Below are positions 1-10,523 of a DNA stretch of 64,000 bases, one piece after another (within the stretch, counting starts at the first letter, position 1; every line of letters begins with the position of its first letter). The notes beneath the pieces are model-generated. The model ran no database searches, had not been told where the DNA came from, and was given only the letters and a program-made list of their open reading frames with translations. The position numbers and the translations under genes are program-made. Location: NCBI GenBank assembly GCA_947085185.1, contig CAMTVK010000006.1, forward strand, positions 52,721 to 116,720. Direction: 5' to 3'. The DNA is from Candidatus Fraserbacteria bacterium (GTDB lineage Bacteria; Bipolaricaulota; Bipolaricaulia; RBG-16-55-9; DRXL01).

Positions 1-1312
1 TGATGCGGCGCGCTGTGACTGACTTGCCTTGCAAGCTCAATTTGACGTCCCCAGTGGAGAAGATCAAGTTGCGAATAGCGATCCAGTCGCGGCTGGGGCT
101 GTGAGCTTTCAGTAGCGCGGCCAAGCCCGTGACGTGCGGCGTGGCCATCGAGGTGCCGCTGAAGGTGCTGTAGGTGTTGTTCGGAGTGGTGCTGAGAATG
201 TTCTTCCCTGGAGCCCCGACGTGAACGGTGCGCAGACCGTAATTGGAAGCCCCGAAGGTAAAAGTCGCTAAGTTGTCTCTGTCGTCCGTAGCCGCCACGG
301 CGATGATGTTGGGCAAGTAGTAATTGCTTGGGTAGTGAGGGATCGCATCGTTATCTGTCCCGTCGTTGCCTGCAGCGGCGATGAACAAAATTCCGGCGTT
401 CATGTGAGCTCTGATGGCATCCAAGAGCGCTTGCGAGAAGCCGCCGCCGCCCCAGGAGTTGTTGGTGGCGACGATGTTCTCGCCTTGGTTTTTCTCCGTC
501 AAGACGTACTGCAAACACGAGATCGCGCCGGCTGTCGAACCGCTGCCGCCAGCTCCTAAGAACTTACAATGGCCGACTTTCACATCCCAGTTGACGCCTA
601 CGACCCCGACGCCGTTGTTGCCGCGCGCGCCGATTGTCCCAGCGACGTGCGTGCCGTGACCGTTGTCGTCCCTGGGATCGCTATCGTTGTTGAAGGTATC
701 TATTCCGTAGATGTCGTCCACCCAGCCGTTGCTGTCGTCATCTATGCCATTGCCGGGAATTTCATTGGGGTTGACCCAGCGATTGGCTGAAAGGTCTTCG
801 TGATTGTAGTCGCCTCCGGTGTCAATCACAAAGACCACGACGCTGCTGCTGCCCGTGGAGAGATCCCAAGCTTCGGGCGCGTCAATGTCAGCGTCGGGCG
901 TGCCGCCGGTCTGGCCGGTGTTGTGCAGGCCGTAGAGCTGACTGAAGGACGGGTCATTGGGCGTGAGCTGTATCTGTTGGGCTTTGCGCACAATGTAATT
1001 GGGCTCGGCGTACAGCACGTCGGGGTTTTTTCTATAGAGCCGTATGGCTTCCGGCACGCTGAGGCTCGCTGGGAGACGCACGAGCTGCAGATTGGGCACG
1101 ATCTCGAAGGTCTTGAGCACTCTTGCGCCAAGCATGTTATGAACCTGGCTTGCGTCGACCCCGAGTTTGACCCGCACCAAAAGTTCATTAGGGACAAATT
1201 CGCCGGTTGGCTCTCTATCTTTCTGTCCTTGTACCGTTGCGGTCATGCTCACGAGCGCGAGGAGTGCGGTAAGCACTGTGATCTTCAGCGCAGATCGTGT
1301 TATGGATCCCAT
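1..1312 (-). CDS. Secreted S8 subtilisin-like serine protease (3' end outside window; absent from ORF track)
   Basis: Manual translation from ATG at 1312 (SD GGAGGT upstream): signal peptide MGSITRSALKITVLTALLALVSM, prodomain YAEPNY, catalytic motifs VIDTG, GHGTHVAGTIG, AAAGN, SGTSMATPHVTG. Confidence 0.95.
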   Translation of the reverse strand, partial: MGSITRSALKITVLTALLALVSMTATVQGQKDREPTGEFVPNELLVRVKLGVDASQVHNMLGARVLKTFEIVPNLQLVRLPASLSVPEAIRLYRKNPDVLYAEPNYIVRKAQQIQLTPNDPSFSQLYGLHNTGQTGGTPDADIDAPEAWDLSTGSSSVVVFVIDTGGDYNHEDLSANRWVNPNEIPGNGIDDDSNGWVDDIYGIDTFNNDSDPRDDNGHGTHVAGTIGARGNNGVGVVGVNWDVKVGHCKFLGAGGSGSTAGAISCLQYVLTEKNQGENIVATNNSWGGGGFSQALLDAIRAHMNAGILFIAAAGNDGTDNDAIPHYPSNYYLPNIIAVAATDDRDNLATFTFGASNYGLRTVHVGAPGKNILSTTPNNTYSTFSGTSMATPHVTGLAALLKAHSPSRDWIAIRNLIFSTGDVKLSLQGKSVTARRI

Positions 1313-1322
1313 GCTTTACCTC

Positions 1323-2684
1323 CTAGCGTAACATGACTTGCACTTCGATCACACCTGTGCCCTCGGTGAGGGGCTCGAGAGCCTTCCCGATCACGGCGCC
1401 GACGCACTGGCTCTTCTCCGGGCACCTCATCGCATACCCGGGGATCGGCGAGCTCACCAACAGATCGCCGACTTGGATGGCTCCATACTTGGCTGTCACC
1501 TTGACGGGCACGCGCCCGGCCAACGCCAAGATCGGGCGAGTATCGCTGCTCTTGGCGCTCTGGTTGCCCAATATAACTCCCGGAGCTGTCGAAATGACCC
1601 CGGCGACGCGATGGCTTATGGCCTCGCGGGCCTTGCGGAACTTGCCCGGATTGTCTGGGTCAATCTCGACGACATCGCCCGCTTCGAGCGGTTCGGTAGT
1701 ATCGATGCGCTCGGCGACGTCGGCCCCGCCGCCGGTGATCGAGCCAGCGGCGTAGACGTTGCCCGTCGTGCGCTCGACGCGGAAGATCAAGCCTGTAGCT
1801 GAGCCAGAGCCCGTGTTATAAATTTCCAGAGCATTGGTACCGCTGGAGCTGTCGATGCGCAGGCCCGGCTGATTGGCAGTGTTATTGATATGGGTCTTGG
1901 CGCTGGGGCTGGAGGTGCCAATCCCGAGGTTGCCATCGGCGGTCAACCTCATCCATTCAGGGGGCGCTGTGCTACCGCTATGCGCCGCCCACGCAAACCC
2001 TCCCCCACTCACGTGGCGGAAGTCGGATCGACTAGCCCCAGCCACATCCCGGTAGACGATCCCCACGACACTCGTAGGTGTTGAGAATTCTATCCGTCCT
2101 ACTTCGCTGGTACCACTATTGAGAAACCAGCGCTGGAGACCCGTAGGTCGAATGTGGGAGCGCTCGATGCTTCCGCTGTCAGTGTAGAACTCTACAATGT
2201 TCACGCCCGCTGGGGCGTTCACCCGCAGGTTATCGTTGATCGTCTGCACCAACGGCTGCAGGCGCGGATTTTGAGCTACTTCCCCCACCGTAGGGCCACT
2301 CAACAGGGTCAAGGGCGGTGCCACTTGTCCGGCCTTCCCCCGCACCAGCGCTAATTTCCCCAGCTTCTTGGTCACGTTGCCAAACTCATCTTTCATAGTG
2401 ACGGTATAGAGATAGACGCCACTGGCGACCGGCTGCCCTTGCATATTCAACATCTTCCAATCCAACGCCACGCCATTCACAGCCCCCGAATCGAAGATCT
2501 TCTGACCCGCTAACGAGATGATCTCGACTCGCAGCTCCTTGACCGAGCCTTGGGCGGAGAACCGCACCGCATCGCTGTAGGTTGTCACGGTCAGGGAGAC
2601 TGACTGGGCCAAGACTCCCAAGCCCAGCACGAACACGACTGCCACCCCGACAAGAAGACCCCGCAGAACCTGCCGCTGCATCAT
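1323..2684 (-). CDS. Secreted fibre/adhesin-like protein: N-terminal FlgD-Ig/sorting-like domain, beta repeats, C-terminal Peptidase_G2/IMC-like chaperone domain
   Basis: Signal peptide; GQPVASGVYLY motif; GNLGIGTSSP fibre repeat; C-terminal GADVAE..GDVV..VAGVIS..ALAGRVPVKV..GDLLVSS; SD AGGAGG. Confidence 0.75.
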   Translation of the reverse strand: MMQRQVLRGLLVGVAVVFVLGLGVLAQSVSLTVTTYSDAVRFSAQGSVKELRVEIISLAGQKIFDSGAVNGVALDWKMLNMQGQPVASGVYLYTVTMKDEFGNVTKKLGKLALVRGKAGQVAPPLTLLSGPTVGEVAQNPRLQPLVQTINDNLRVNAPAGVNIVEFYTDSGSIERSHIRPTGLQRWFLNSGTSEVGRIEFSTPTSVVGIVYRDVAGASRSDFRHVSGGGFAWAAHSGSTAPPEWMRLTADGNLGIGTSSPSAKTHINNTANQPGLRIDSSSGTNALEIYNTGSGSATGLIFRVERTTGNVYAAGSITGGGADVAERIDTTEPLEAGDVVEIDPDNPGKFRKAREAISHRVAGVISTAPGVILGNQSAKSSDTRPILALAGRVPVKVTAKYGAIQVGDLLVSSPIPGYAMRCPEKSQCVGAVIGKALEPLTEGTGVIEVQVMLR

Positions 2685-2769
2685 CGTGATGCGCCTCCTT
2701 CTTCATGACGAGTGTGTAACACAAATTATAGACCTTACTCCCCCCTTCTGTCTAGTCCATCCTGCTCTA

Positions 2770-4191
2770 TCAATCAAGAAGGCTCTCCAACAAGCTCTCA
2801 TAAGTCTGAACAGCTACGGATAAGTCAAACTGTGCTATGCGCTCGCGACCCCTGTGAGCCAGCTCCTGCCGCAGCTGCCTGTCTAAGAGCAGCTGCTCTA
2901 TCCCATGAGCTAAAGCCTTGGGATCACCTGAGGGCACAAGCAAACCCGCTCGCCCTTCGTCTAAATACTCTCGTACACTTGGTGAGCAATCGGTTGCGAG
3001 CACAGGAAGCCCCAATGCCATCGCCTCGCCGATGACATTGGGCAGTCCTTCTGTCAAGGACGAGAGTACAAAGAGATCTGCGCGTGCCATGTACTTCCAA
3101 GGATTTTCCTGGAAGCCCAACAGCGCAACTCGATCAGTTAAGCCCAATTCTACAATCAAGTTCTCTAAAGCACTTCGTTCCTCACCCTCACCGATGATCA
3201 CGAGGTTCACTTTCATTGAGAGCTGTGCCACCGCCCGAATCAGTATATCAAACCCTTTGAGCTTGACGAGTCGGCCCACAGCTATGAGGAGCGGTTCCCT
3301 TCGCTCATCGAACCAGGGGTGGAGGACTGGCTCAGCTGCTTGTACACATACGTTTTGCACGTCAATAGGGTTGTAGATTACAACAATCTTCTCTGCAGGC
3401 AGACCGAAGTTCTCGATGAGATCTCGTTTGATGCCCTGCGCCACCGCTACTATCACATCGGCTCGTGGGTAAAGGAGCCGAACAAGCCAGCGCAATAGGA
3501 AACGCTCATAGCGCTCAAGTTTGCTGTGTTGAAGAATCCGGCTAGTCACATCATGGACATTGACCACAACTTTCAGGTGACGATCAAAGAAAAGCTTCGC
3601 CAGAATTGCGATGATATTTGACAATGTGATTGAGCTGACTACGACTCCACAGCCGCTCTCCCGCGCTACCGCCGCGAGTCGGCGCGCCTGCCACAGCAGA
3701 GAATAGCAGTAGTAAGCAGGTTTAATCTTGCGTAACCAACGTAAGAGCGTGCCGATCAATCTTAAAGGCACACTTGCAACAAAGTAAGTTGTTGTGAGTA
3801 TCACTTGCGAAAAACGCTGCTTTGCACGAGACAGGAGAGCTTTGATCTGCCAGAGGAAAGACCTGAATGCCCTTTGGGGAGGTTCTGTAACTGATATAAA
3901 GAAGGCTCTAACTGCTTGTATGCCCTTCCCCAATACTCTCAAGGAGCGGACTAATCGAGACGCTTTATTCTCAACAATAGAAAGCGCGAAGATCTCCAAT
4001 AGAGGCACACTGGTGCTGACTATTCTCAGGAGCGGACCGCGCTTCAGTTGCAGAAGCAGGATAGGTCGATGGGACCTCAAATTGTTGACGTAATTGATGC
4101 AGACGCGCTCGGCCCCTCCGGCCTCTAACGTTGGGATGAAGAAAAGAACTCTTTTTTTAATCTGCTCCAAATCCGCTTGTGGCATAGTCAC
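2770..4191 (-). CDS. GT4 (GT-B) glycosyltransferase with long insertion
   Basis: GGAERV, VGRLVKLKG, EGLPNVIGEAMA (EX7E). Confidence 0.9.
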   Translation of the reverse strand: MTMPQADLEQIKKRVLFFIPTLEAGGAERVCINYVNNLRSHRPILLLQLKRGPLLRIVSTSVPLLEIFALSIVENKASRLVRSLRVLGKGIQAVRAFFISVTEPPQRAFRSFLWQIKALLSRAKQRFSQVILTTTYFVASVPLRLIGTLLRWLRKIKPAYYCYSLLWQARRLAAVARESGCGVVVSSITLSNIIAILAKLFFDRHLKVVVNVHDVTSRILQHSKLERYERFLLRWLVRLLYPRADVIVAVAQGIKRDLIENFGLPAEKIVVIYNPIDVQNVCVQAAEPVLHPWFDERREPLLIAVGRLVKLKGFDILIRAVAQLSMKVNLVIIGEGEERSALENLIVELGLTDRVALLGFQENPWKYMARADLFVLSSLTEGLPNVIGEAMALGLPVLATDCSPSVREYLDEGRAGLLVPSGDPKALAHGIEQLLLDRQLRQELAHRGRERIAQFDLSVAVQTYESLLESLLD

Positions 4192-5363
4192 ACAACCTCC
4201 ATGATAAGTTGCTCGTATTGTTTGACTATCTTAGGAGCATCAAAGTCTTTAGCCCGTTGAGGACCTAGCTCAGCGAGCTTAGTGCGCAGTTCATGATCCT
4301 GTAACAACTTGAGCATTGCGGCGGCCAAAGCTTCTTCATCTGCTGGTGGCACTAAAACCCCGTACTGCCCGCCTTGTAAGATTTCAGCAGGCCCCGAAAG
4401 ACAATCGGTCGAGATGACAGGGCAACCGCAAGTCAGAGCCTCCAAAATGACGTTGGCAAGGCCCTCCACTAGTGACGGAAGGACCAGTGCAGTTACCTTG
4501 CTCATGTAGCTAAAAGGATTGGGTGTAGCTCCAATAAAGTCAACTTTGTCTTCCACATGCAAGGCTTTCGCCAGCTCTTGCAGTGCCCCTTTCTCTTCTC
4601 CTTCACCAACGACTAGTAACCGTGCTGGCTTCTCTGAATTTGCGATTTTTAAAGCATTGAGCAAGATATCTACACCCTTGAACTTGACGAGTCTACCGAC
4701 AAAGAGGAAGATCGGAACCTGAGCTGCAAACCAAGGGTGAGTGACAGGTTCTTGACTTAAATCCTGGATTTTTCGGACATCTAAAGGGTTATAGATCACA
4801 TGCAAATGGTTGTGGGGAATCCCCCATTTGGTGGTAAGGTCATCAGCAATTCCTTGACTAATACAAACGATTGGATTGAGCTCTCGCAGGCGAGGTGCCC
4901 AAAACATCCGAAACTCCCTGTGGGCGGGATTCTGCATGAGGGTATTTGAAAGGTGGCTGGCTAAGCGGGCGATTACTTTTACTTTGTGGCGCAGGCTAGC
5001 CTTATAAGCCACGAGGGAGGTTAAGAAATTCGTTGTTAAAACGCAATCTATTTGCCGTTGGACAAGATGATGTGTTAATCTGCTTGACAACAATTCTAGC
5101 CACACGAAGGATTCGCACTCTCCCAGCAAGCTCAGAGGGATGTCGACGACCAACTTTTCCGAAGGTGGTAAGGGTTGCGAATTCAACACAAACACGGGGA
5201 TACCGGATGGAAGGGAGTAAAATGACTGACCTTCATGGAAAACTGTCAACTCAACCGCTATGTGCGAGCTGACATGCTGCAAGAAGGTCGAGACGAACCG
5301 CTCCACCCCGCCGGGAACATGCAGGGTCTCGGTCAGCAGAGTCATCTTAACTTTACGTGCCAT
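4188..5363 (-). CDS. GT4 glycosyltransferase
   Basis: GGVER, VGRLVKFKG, EGLANVILEA, DCLSGPAEIL. Confidence 0.92.
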   Translation of the reverse strand: MARKVKMTLLTETLHVPGGVERFVSTFLQHVSSHIAVELTVFHEGQSFYSLPSGIPVFVLNSQPLPPSEKLVVDIPLSLLGECESFVWLELLSSRLTHHLVQRQIDCVLTTNFLTSLVAYKASLRHKVKVIARLASHLSNTLMQNPAHREFRMFWAPRLRELNPIVCISQGIADDLTTKWGIPHNHLHVIYNPLDVRKIQDLSQEPVTHPWFAAQVPIFLFVGRLVKFKGVDILLNALKIANSEKPARLLVVGEGEEKGALQELAKALHVEDKVDFIGATPNPFSYMSKVTALVLPSLVEGLANVILEALTCGCPVISTDCLSGPAEILQGGQYGVLVPPADEEALAAAMLKLLQDHELRTKLAELGPQRAKDFDAPKIVKQYEQLIMEVV

Positions 5364-6540
5364 AAGTGTCTCGTATGACCTGCACGTACTGATTTACGAT
5401 CTTCCGAGCTTCGAAATCCTGAGCCCGTTGTCGGCCTTGTTCGGCAAGCTGCTGTCGCAACGCAGGATCACTTAGCACTTTGGTGATAGCCTCTGCAAGG
5501 GCTCGAGCATCAGCCACCGGCACCAAGAGTCCATAACGCCCGCCACCCAGGATCTCAGCGGGACCGGAGGGACAATCTGTTGCAATCACGGGACAGCCGC
5601 AAGCAAGAGCCTCTGCAATTACATAGCCAAATCCCTCATACAAAGAAGACAAGACGAACACCGTCGAACGGGCAAAATACTTGAACGGGTTCTTTTGCTT
5701 GCCTGCAAACCAAATGCAGTGTTGAATACCTAATTCCGCAGCTAAATCCTCTAATCTTTGGTGCTCGTCCCCTTCACCTAGAAGGATCAAACGTGCAAGG
5801 TTACCCTGCTTGTGGACAAGGCTTAGTGCACGGAGCAGATAGTCAAAACCTTTCTGCGGAGCTAAGCGACCTGCTGCCGTGATGATCGGCGTGCATTCAG
5901 CCATCCAAGGATGGTCAACAGGCTCTGACACCAGTTTCTCGATCTGTTGAAGATCCAGAGGATAGGGGATCACTGTGATCTGCTGTTGGGTAACTTTGAA
6001 GTTATGCATAAGATCGGAAGCTACGCCTTCGCTTGGACAAACAATTTTGTCGGCCTTCTGAAGATGCTCACGCCCCAAGAACATGTAAAGCGGGCCTTTG
6101 GGAGCATGGGAAAGCATTGTGGAAGCGTGATTATCCACGGAGCCTACGAAGCAGATCTCCTTCGGCCAATACTTGCGTGATAGCAAACACAACGTGGACG
6201 CGAAGAGTTCGCGTGCGAACACGACATCCGGCCTCCTTTGGTGTACCAGTTCGGCCAGCTTAAGGGCAGTTAGCTCAAGCCAAATAAAGTCTTCACGGGC
6301 TCCCAAGAGTTGAATCGGGATATCCACGCGAATCGAGTCGACATGCGGCAGCGGATTGCGCTCCAAGATGTGCGTTTGAATTTCCAGAGGGATAGGGTAA
6401 AAAACCTCTCGATTAAAGATCATGACTAATTCGACGTCAAATAAACTGCGATCCAAATATCTCAAAAGAATGGTTATATTACGTCCTACTCCGCCCAGAG
6501 GCAAGCCGTGGGTGACGATCATCAGCTTAATTTTCCTCAT
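5353..6540 (-). CDS. GT4 glycosyltransferase
   Basis: GGVGR, AGRLAPQKG, EGFGYVIAEA, DCPSGPAEIL. Confidence 0.92.
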   Translation of the reverse strand: MRKIKLMIVTHGLPLGGVGRNITILLRYLDRSLFDVELVMIFNREVFYPIPLEIQTHILERNPLPHVDSIRVDIPIQLLGAREDFIWLELTALKLAELVHQRRPDVVFARELFASTLCLLSRKYWPKEICFVGSVDNHASTMLSHAPKGPLYMFLGREHLQKADKIVCPSEGVASDLMHNFKVTQQQITVIPYPLDLQQIEKLVSEPVDHPWMAECTPIITAAGRLAPQKGFDYLLRALSLVHKQGNLARLILLGEGDEHQRLEDLAAELGIQHCIWFAGKQKNPFKYFARSTVFVLSSLYEGFGYVIAEALACGCPVIATDCPSGPAEILGGGRYGLLVPVADARALAEAITKVLSDPALRQQLAEQGRQRAQDFEARKIVNQYVQVIRDTYGT

Positions 6541-7741
6541 TATTGCTCTCCTCCCCAGACAGCAGCCTCAAGATTCTTTTTGTATACCGGCTAGTTATTT
6601 GGGGGGCATCAAAGGCTAAGGCGCGCGTTGGAGCCAGCCGGGCAAACTGTTCTCTGAGCTGCGGGTCTCTCAGTAGCTTCAGAATTCCTTCGGCCAGCGC
6701 TGGGGGACTTTCCATCGACACTAAGAGGCCGTACTGTGTTGTCCCCTCAGCTAAGATTTCCGATGGCCCATACGGGCAGTTGGAAGCCACGATGGGGCAG
6801 CCGCAAGCCAGCGCTTCCACCAAGGCGTAACCGAAACCTTCCCACCGAGAAGGAAAGGCGAATACCGTACACTTCTGCATGTACTTAAAAGGGTTCTGTT
6901 GGAAGCCTAAAAAAGCGACATGAGGTGCTATGCCTAACTCCAGAGCGAGTTTGCGAAGGACGTCCTCCTGCGGACCTTCCCCGATGATGACACATCGCGC
7001 CGGAAGCTCCGCCCTGACGCGAGCGAGCGCTTGAAGCAGGAGATCAAACCCTTTTTGCGGGGCAAGCCGACCCACCGCCAAGATAACAGACTCCAGCCCA
7101 GAGAAGAAGGGATGGTCCACACTTTCTTTTGCTAGTTGCTGCACAGCTTTGACATCAATAGGGTACTGGATCAAAGTGATCTTTTCGGCTGGTATGCTGT
7201 AGCTTTGTTGTAACACTTCAGCGACACTGGCACTGGCGGTGATGAGACCATCTGCTTCACATAGTCTTGTTCGCGCCAGCTGCTTGTACAGCTCCCCATG
7301 CGACGCGGCACGAAAGTCGCTGGCAATCTCGGCACCAGCGACGACTATCACTTTGATAGAAGGAGCATGCTTTTTGGCGTATAAGCTAAGCATTCCGCAA
7401 AACAAGTTGAATGCCAAAACCACTTGCGTCTTCTGCACCGTTATCACATCGGCCAATTTATGAGCCATGACTTCAAGCCAAGCAAGATCAGCGCTATAGC
7501 TCAGTGATTGTAAGGGTATTTCAACATGTATTGATGGTATATTAGGCATTGGAGTCTTTTCTAGAACATGCCAGGGCACGTCACTGGGGATAGGGAAGAA
7601 GGGCTCTTGGTCAAAGATGGTAACGAGTTCGATATCTAGCATCTTTCTGTCGAGATGGTGCAACAAGATGGAAACACACCGCTCCATACCCCCAACGCTT
7701 AAGGTTGGTGAGATGAGTACAACCTTTGTTTTATGAGCCAT
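6527..7741 (-). CDS. GT4 glycosyltransferase
   Basis: Start moved to MAHKTKV (TGATG coupling with upstream stop); GGMER, VGRLAPQKG, EGFGYALVEA. Confidence 0.92.
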   Translation of the reverse strand: MAHKTKVVLISPTLSVGGMERCVSILLHHLDRKMLDIELVTIFDQEPFFPIPSDVPWHVLEKTPMPNIPSIHVEIPLQSLSYSADLAWLEVMAHKLADVITVQKTQVVLAFNLFCGMLSLYAKKHAPSIKVIVVAGAEIASDFRAASHGELYKQLARTRLCEADGLITASASVAEVLQQSYSIPAEKITLIQYPIDVKAVQQLAKESVDHPFFSGLESVILAVGRLAPQKGFDLLLQALARVRAELPARCVIIGEGPQEDVLRKLALELGIAPHVAFLGFQQNPFKYMQKCTVFAFPSRWEGFGYALVEALACGCPIVASNCPYGPSEILAEGTTQYGLLVSMESPPALAEGILKLLRDPQLREQFARLAPTRALAFDAPQITSRYTKRILRLLSGEESNNEEN

Positions 7742-9753
7742 CAAGCCTCCAGTCTTCTTCTTACAGTATAGAATATTGTCACTCCTTGCACGAGCACAAA
7801 CCAAGCTGCGTAAACATAGATGAAAACTAAAAAAGGCGCGGTATGCACTACCAGCCGCGGATCAATACCCAAGGGCACTAAAAAAGCTATCAGGTTAATT
7901 GTTAGGATTGGGAAAATCAGAATTTCGCGAAATCTGGAGAATATCACAAGCAGCAATCCCATTAGATACAGATAATATAAAGGGGTGATTTCAAGCCCCG
8001 CTTGCTTCCAGAACAGATGAGTGGGTCTGAGGAATAGATCGAGATAGCCACTTATAGTTCTCGAAATGATTTCACCAAGGCTATGCATGCCAAAGATATA
8101 TTGAAATGTCGTCACGGGTGCTCCACTGTGACCCTTTGCCCGAAACTGCTCTAACGTGGGGCAGCCCTCACAGCTGATGCCTTTGAGAACCACAAATTCA
8201 TAGTTTCTATACCACTTGGCATGGACGTTCGCGCTCCAGAACGGATCGCCGAACTTCTGATAACTATAAGCTAAATACGGTGCGAGCAACAGCATCAAAA
8301 CAGCTATAGGAATGAAAAGCTTCTTCCAAACAATCTTCTGCCGCCAGAAGGCGTAGCCCCACAGGGGAAGAACAAAGACTAAACTATTGATCTGTTGCAA
8401 GACGGCTGCTGCACCCCACCCACTAAGACCGGCCAATCGCTGCTTTTCTCCCAGCCGCTCTTGCCTTATAAGCACGTGATAAGCCAGCATGAGAATGGCG
8501 ATAGTATAGAGCTCTAAGCGCAGACCACGCACACTCATAAAGATCAAGTATGGGTTAATCGCCAGTAGCGCAACCACGAGTAAAGCCAGCACTGGTTGTT
8601 TTGTGTAGTCCTTGAAAAACTTGTAGGCAGCTACCAATGTGAGCAAGGAGAGCACGAGAGTGAGCATGCGCAGGTTGAGATCCGAGGAGCCAACGACTAA
8701 GAACCAGAGCTTGGTAGCCCAAATCCATAAGGGCTCCCTAAAGCTTGTGTCATAAAGATGTCGCATATTATCAGCAATTTGTCGGTAGCCAACTGCATCG
8801 GGGTCAAGGGGGCGGTACTGAAACTCCGTTAGCGCCTCCCAGCGCAGCACGAAGCCCAGTGCGATGATCGCTACCAGCAATGAGCTTACAACAAACTTCT
8901 GTACCCCCTCTCCTGGCTTTATCAGCGGAGCCATACTAAGTGCAATTACAGTTCCAGCTGCATACAGGAACCAGATCCAAGGAATAGCGAGGTCTTCCAC
9001 ATAAGGCCCCAGCTGGGGCGTGACAAACCGCGCAAGAGAAGGCAAGTTCGCCAGGGGAAGCCCCGTGAAGATCCAGTTGGGCCAGAGTGCGCTGGCCAAA
9101 GCCTCGGCACCTAAAGCAGCAGCAAAGATGGCGAGAGCAAATTTCAGCTGCACAGCTCGCGCCCAAGCATAGAGGCTCAAAGGGATAGCGATGAACAGAA
9201 AGAGGCCCGGTAAGTAAGGCAAGGCGATCGGGTTTTTAATTTTGACTATCTGAATCCAATCTAAAGCAACATAGGTCTCAGCAGAACCCGTCTCTGCAGC
9301 GCTTGCAATGATCCGTAAAAAAATTTCGGAAGAGCCTAGGGCATATGGAGTCAAAAGCACATAACGGTTGGCTACTTGCAGGTTAGACCCAACCGTTTGA
9401 TAATGAACCCCATCCGTAGAGATTTCGAGACGAATCTCCTCTAGCCCGGTCCAGTGAACTCCGAGGTTTAGATTGAGATCTTCGTCGGGCTCTTTAGTGA
9501 TTTTATAGATGACTTCGCCACGCTGGCCTGATCTAAGATAGAGGCCATCGACCTCTACTTCCCAATCGCCCAGTACTTGAGCATCTTGCTGGATTTTCTG
9601 TGCCCTATCGTTAATGTGATCTAAGTAGGTGCTTAGCACAGTTGGAGTACCAACGAGTCTGAGCAGCTCCTCACGATAGATAAGCACTGCGATAAAAGCA
9701 GTGAGTAAGATAAGCATTGGCCATTGCAGCTGTTTGATATGCTTCATAACCAC
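7741..9753 (-). CDS. Polytopic GT-C (ArnT/PMT-like) glycosyltransferase with N-terminal extracytoplasmic domain
   Basis: Many TM segments; loop DPDAVGY..REPLW..LRMLT..NPYLIFMS..RLELY fits the GT-C pattern. Confidence 0.75.
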   Translation of the reverse strand: MVMKHIKQLQWPMLILLTAFIAVLIYREELLRLVGTPTVLSTYLDHINDRAQKIQQDAQVLGDWEVEVDGLYLRSGQRGEVIYKITKEPDEDLNLNLGVHWTGLEEIRLEISTDGVHYQTVGSNLQVANRYVLLTPYALGSSEIFLRIIASAAETGSAETYVALDWIQIVKIKNPIALPYLPGLFLFIAIPLSLYAWARAVQLKFALAIFAAALGAEALASALWPNWIFTGLPLANLPSLARFVTPQLGPYVEDLAIPWIWFLYAAGTVIALSMAPLIKPGEGVQKFVVSSLLVAIIALGFVLRWEALTEFQYRPLDPDAVGYRQIADNMRHLYDTSFREPLWIWATKLWFLVVGSSDLNLRMLTLVLSLLTLVAAYKFFKDYTKQPVLALLVVALLAINPYLIFMSVRGLRLELYTIAILMLAYHVLIRQERLGEKQRLAGLSGWGAAAVLQQINSLVFVLPLWGYAFWRQKIVWKKLFIPIAVLMLLLAPYLAYSYQKFGDPFWSANVHAKWYRNYEFVVLKGISCEGCPTLEQFRAKGHSGAPVTTFQYIFGMHSLGEIISRTISGYLDLFLRPTHLFWKQAGLEITPLYYLYLMGLLLVIFSRFREILIFPILTINLIAFLVPLGIDPRLVVHTAPFLVFIYVYAAWFVLVQGVTIFYTVRRRLEA

Positions 9754-9769
9754 TCCTGTGGGAAAGCCG

Positions 9770-10519
9770 CTAACGTCTCAGCAACAGGTTGTACTTTAGG
9801 ATGTACCAGATGGCCTTTAGCCCATCCCTCAAGGTGATCTTCTTGCCCTCTTCATATGTGCGTCCGTAGTAAGAGATAGGGACTTCATAGATGCGACAGC
9901 CAAGGCGAGCGACCTTGGCCGTGATCTCGGGCTCAAATCCGAACCGATCTTCTTTGAGATTGATCTTTTGTAGCACCTCGCGCCGGAACATCTTATAGCA
10001 CGTCTCCATATCGGTCAGATTCATGTTGGTGAACATGTTGGAAAGAGTAGTGAGAAAGAGGTTGCCCACGTAATGCCAGAAGTACAAGACGCGGTGCGGG
10101 CCGCCCAAGAAGCGTGAACCATAGACGACATCGGCCACGCCACGCCGGATGGGCTCCAATAGCTTATGGTATTCTTGCGGATCGTACTCCAGGTCAGCAT
10201 CTTGAATTACGATGACGTCTCCAGTTGCCTCCTGAAAGCCGCGTCGTAACGCTGCTCCCTTGCCGCGATTGCGCTCCTGAAAGATGACTTTAATGTTGTC
10301 CACGTAAATCCTCTGATTGAGTTGCGGCAATTCAAATCCCTCCGGGTTAGAGTTGTGCTGTGCCTCTAAGAGCTGTTGCAAAAACTCGCGCGTCCCGTCG
10401 GTCGAGCCGTCATCAACAATGATGATCTCCTTGTCAATATCTACTTCCTGGACACGCTTGAGCACTTCTTCAATATAAGCCCGCTCATTGTAAACGGGCA
10501 TCACCACGGACAGTTTCAT
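9770..10519 (-). CDS. GT2 polyprenol-phosphate glycosyltransferase (DPM1-like)
   Basis: [52 protein letters not shown]. Confidence 0.93.
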   Translation of the reverse strand: MKLSVVMPVYNERAYIEEVLKRVQEVDIDKEIIIVDDGSTDGTREFLQQLLEAQHNSNPEGFELPQLNQRIYVDNIKVIFQERNRGKGAALRRGFQEATGDVIVIQDADLEYDPQEYHKLLEPIRRGVADVVYGSRFLGGPHRVLYFWHYVGNLFLTTLSNMFTNMNLTDMETCYKMFRREVLQKINLKEDRFGFEPEITAKVARLGCRIYEVPISYYGRTYEEGKKITLRDGLKAIWYILKYNLLLRR

Positions 10520-10523
10520 CGCT

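Noticed and set aside
335..1336. Plus-strand ORFs in the track
   Set aside because: Antisense shadows of the S8 protease, which the track misses because it runs off the window.
1323..2684. Prophage
   Set aside because: The fibre-like gene has a signal peptide and no phage genes nearby.
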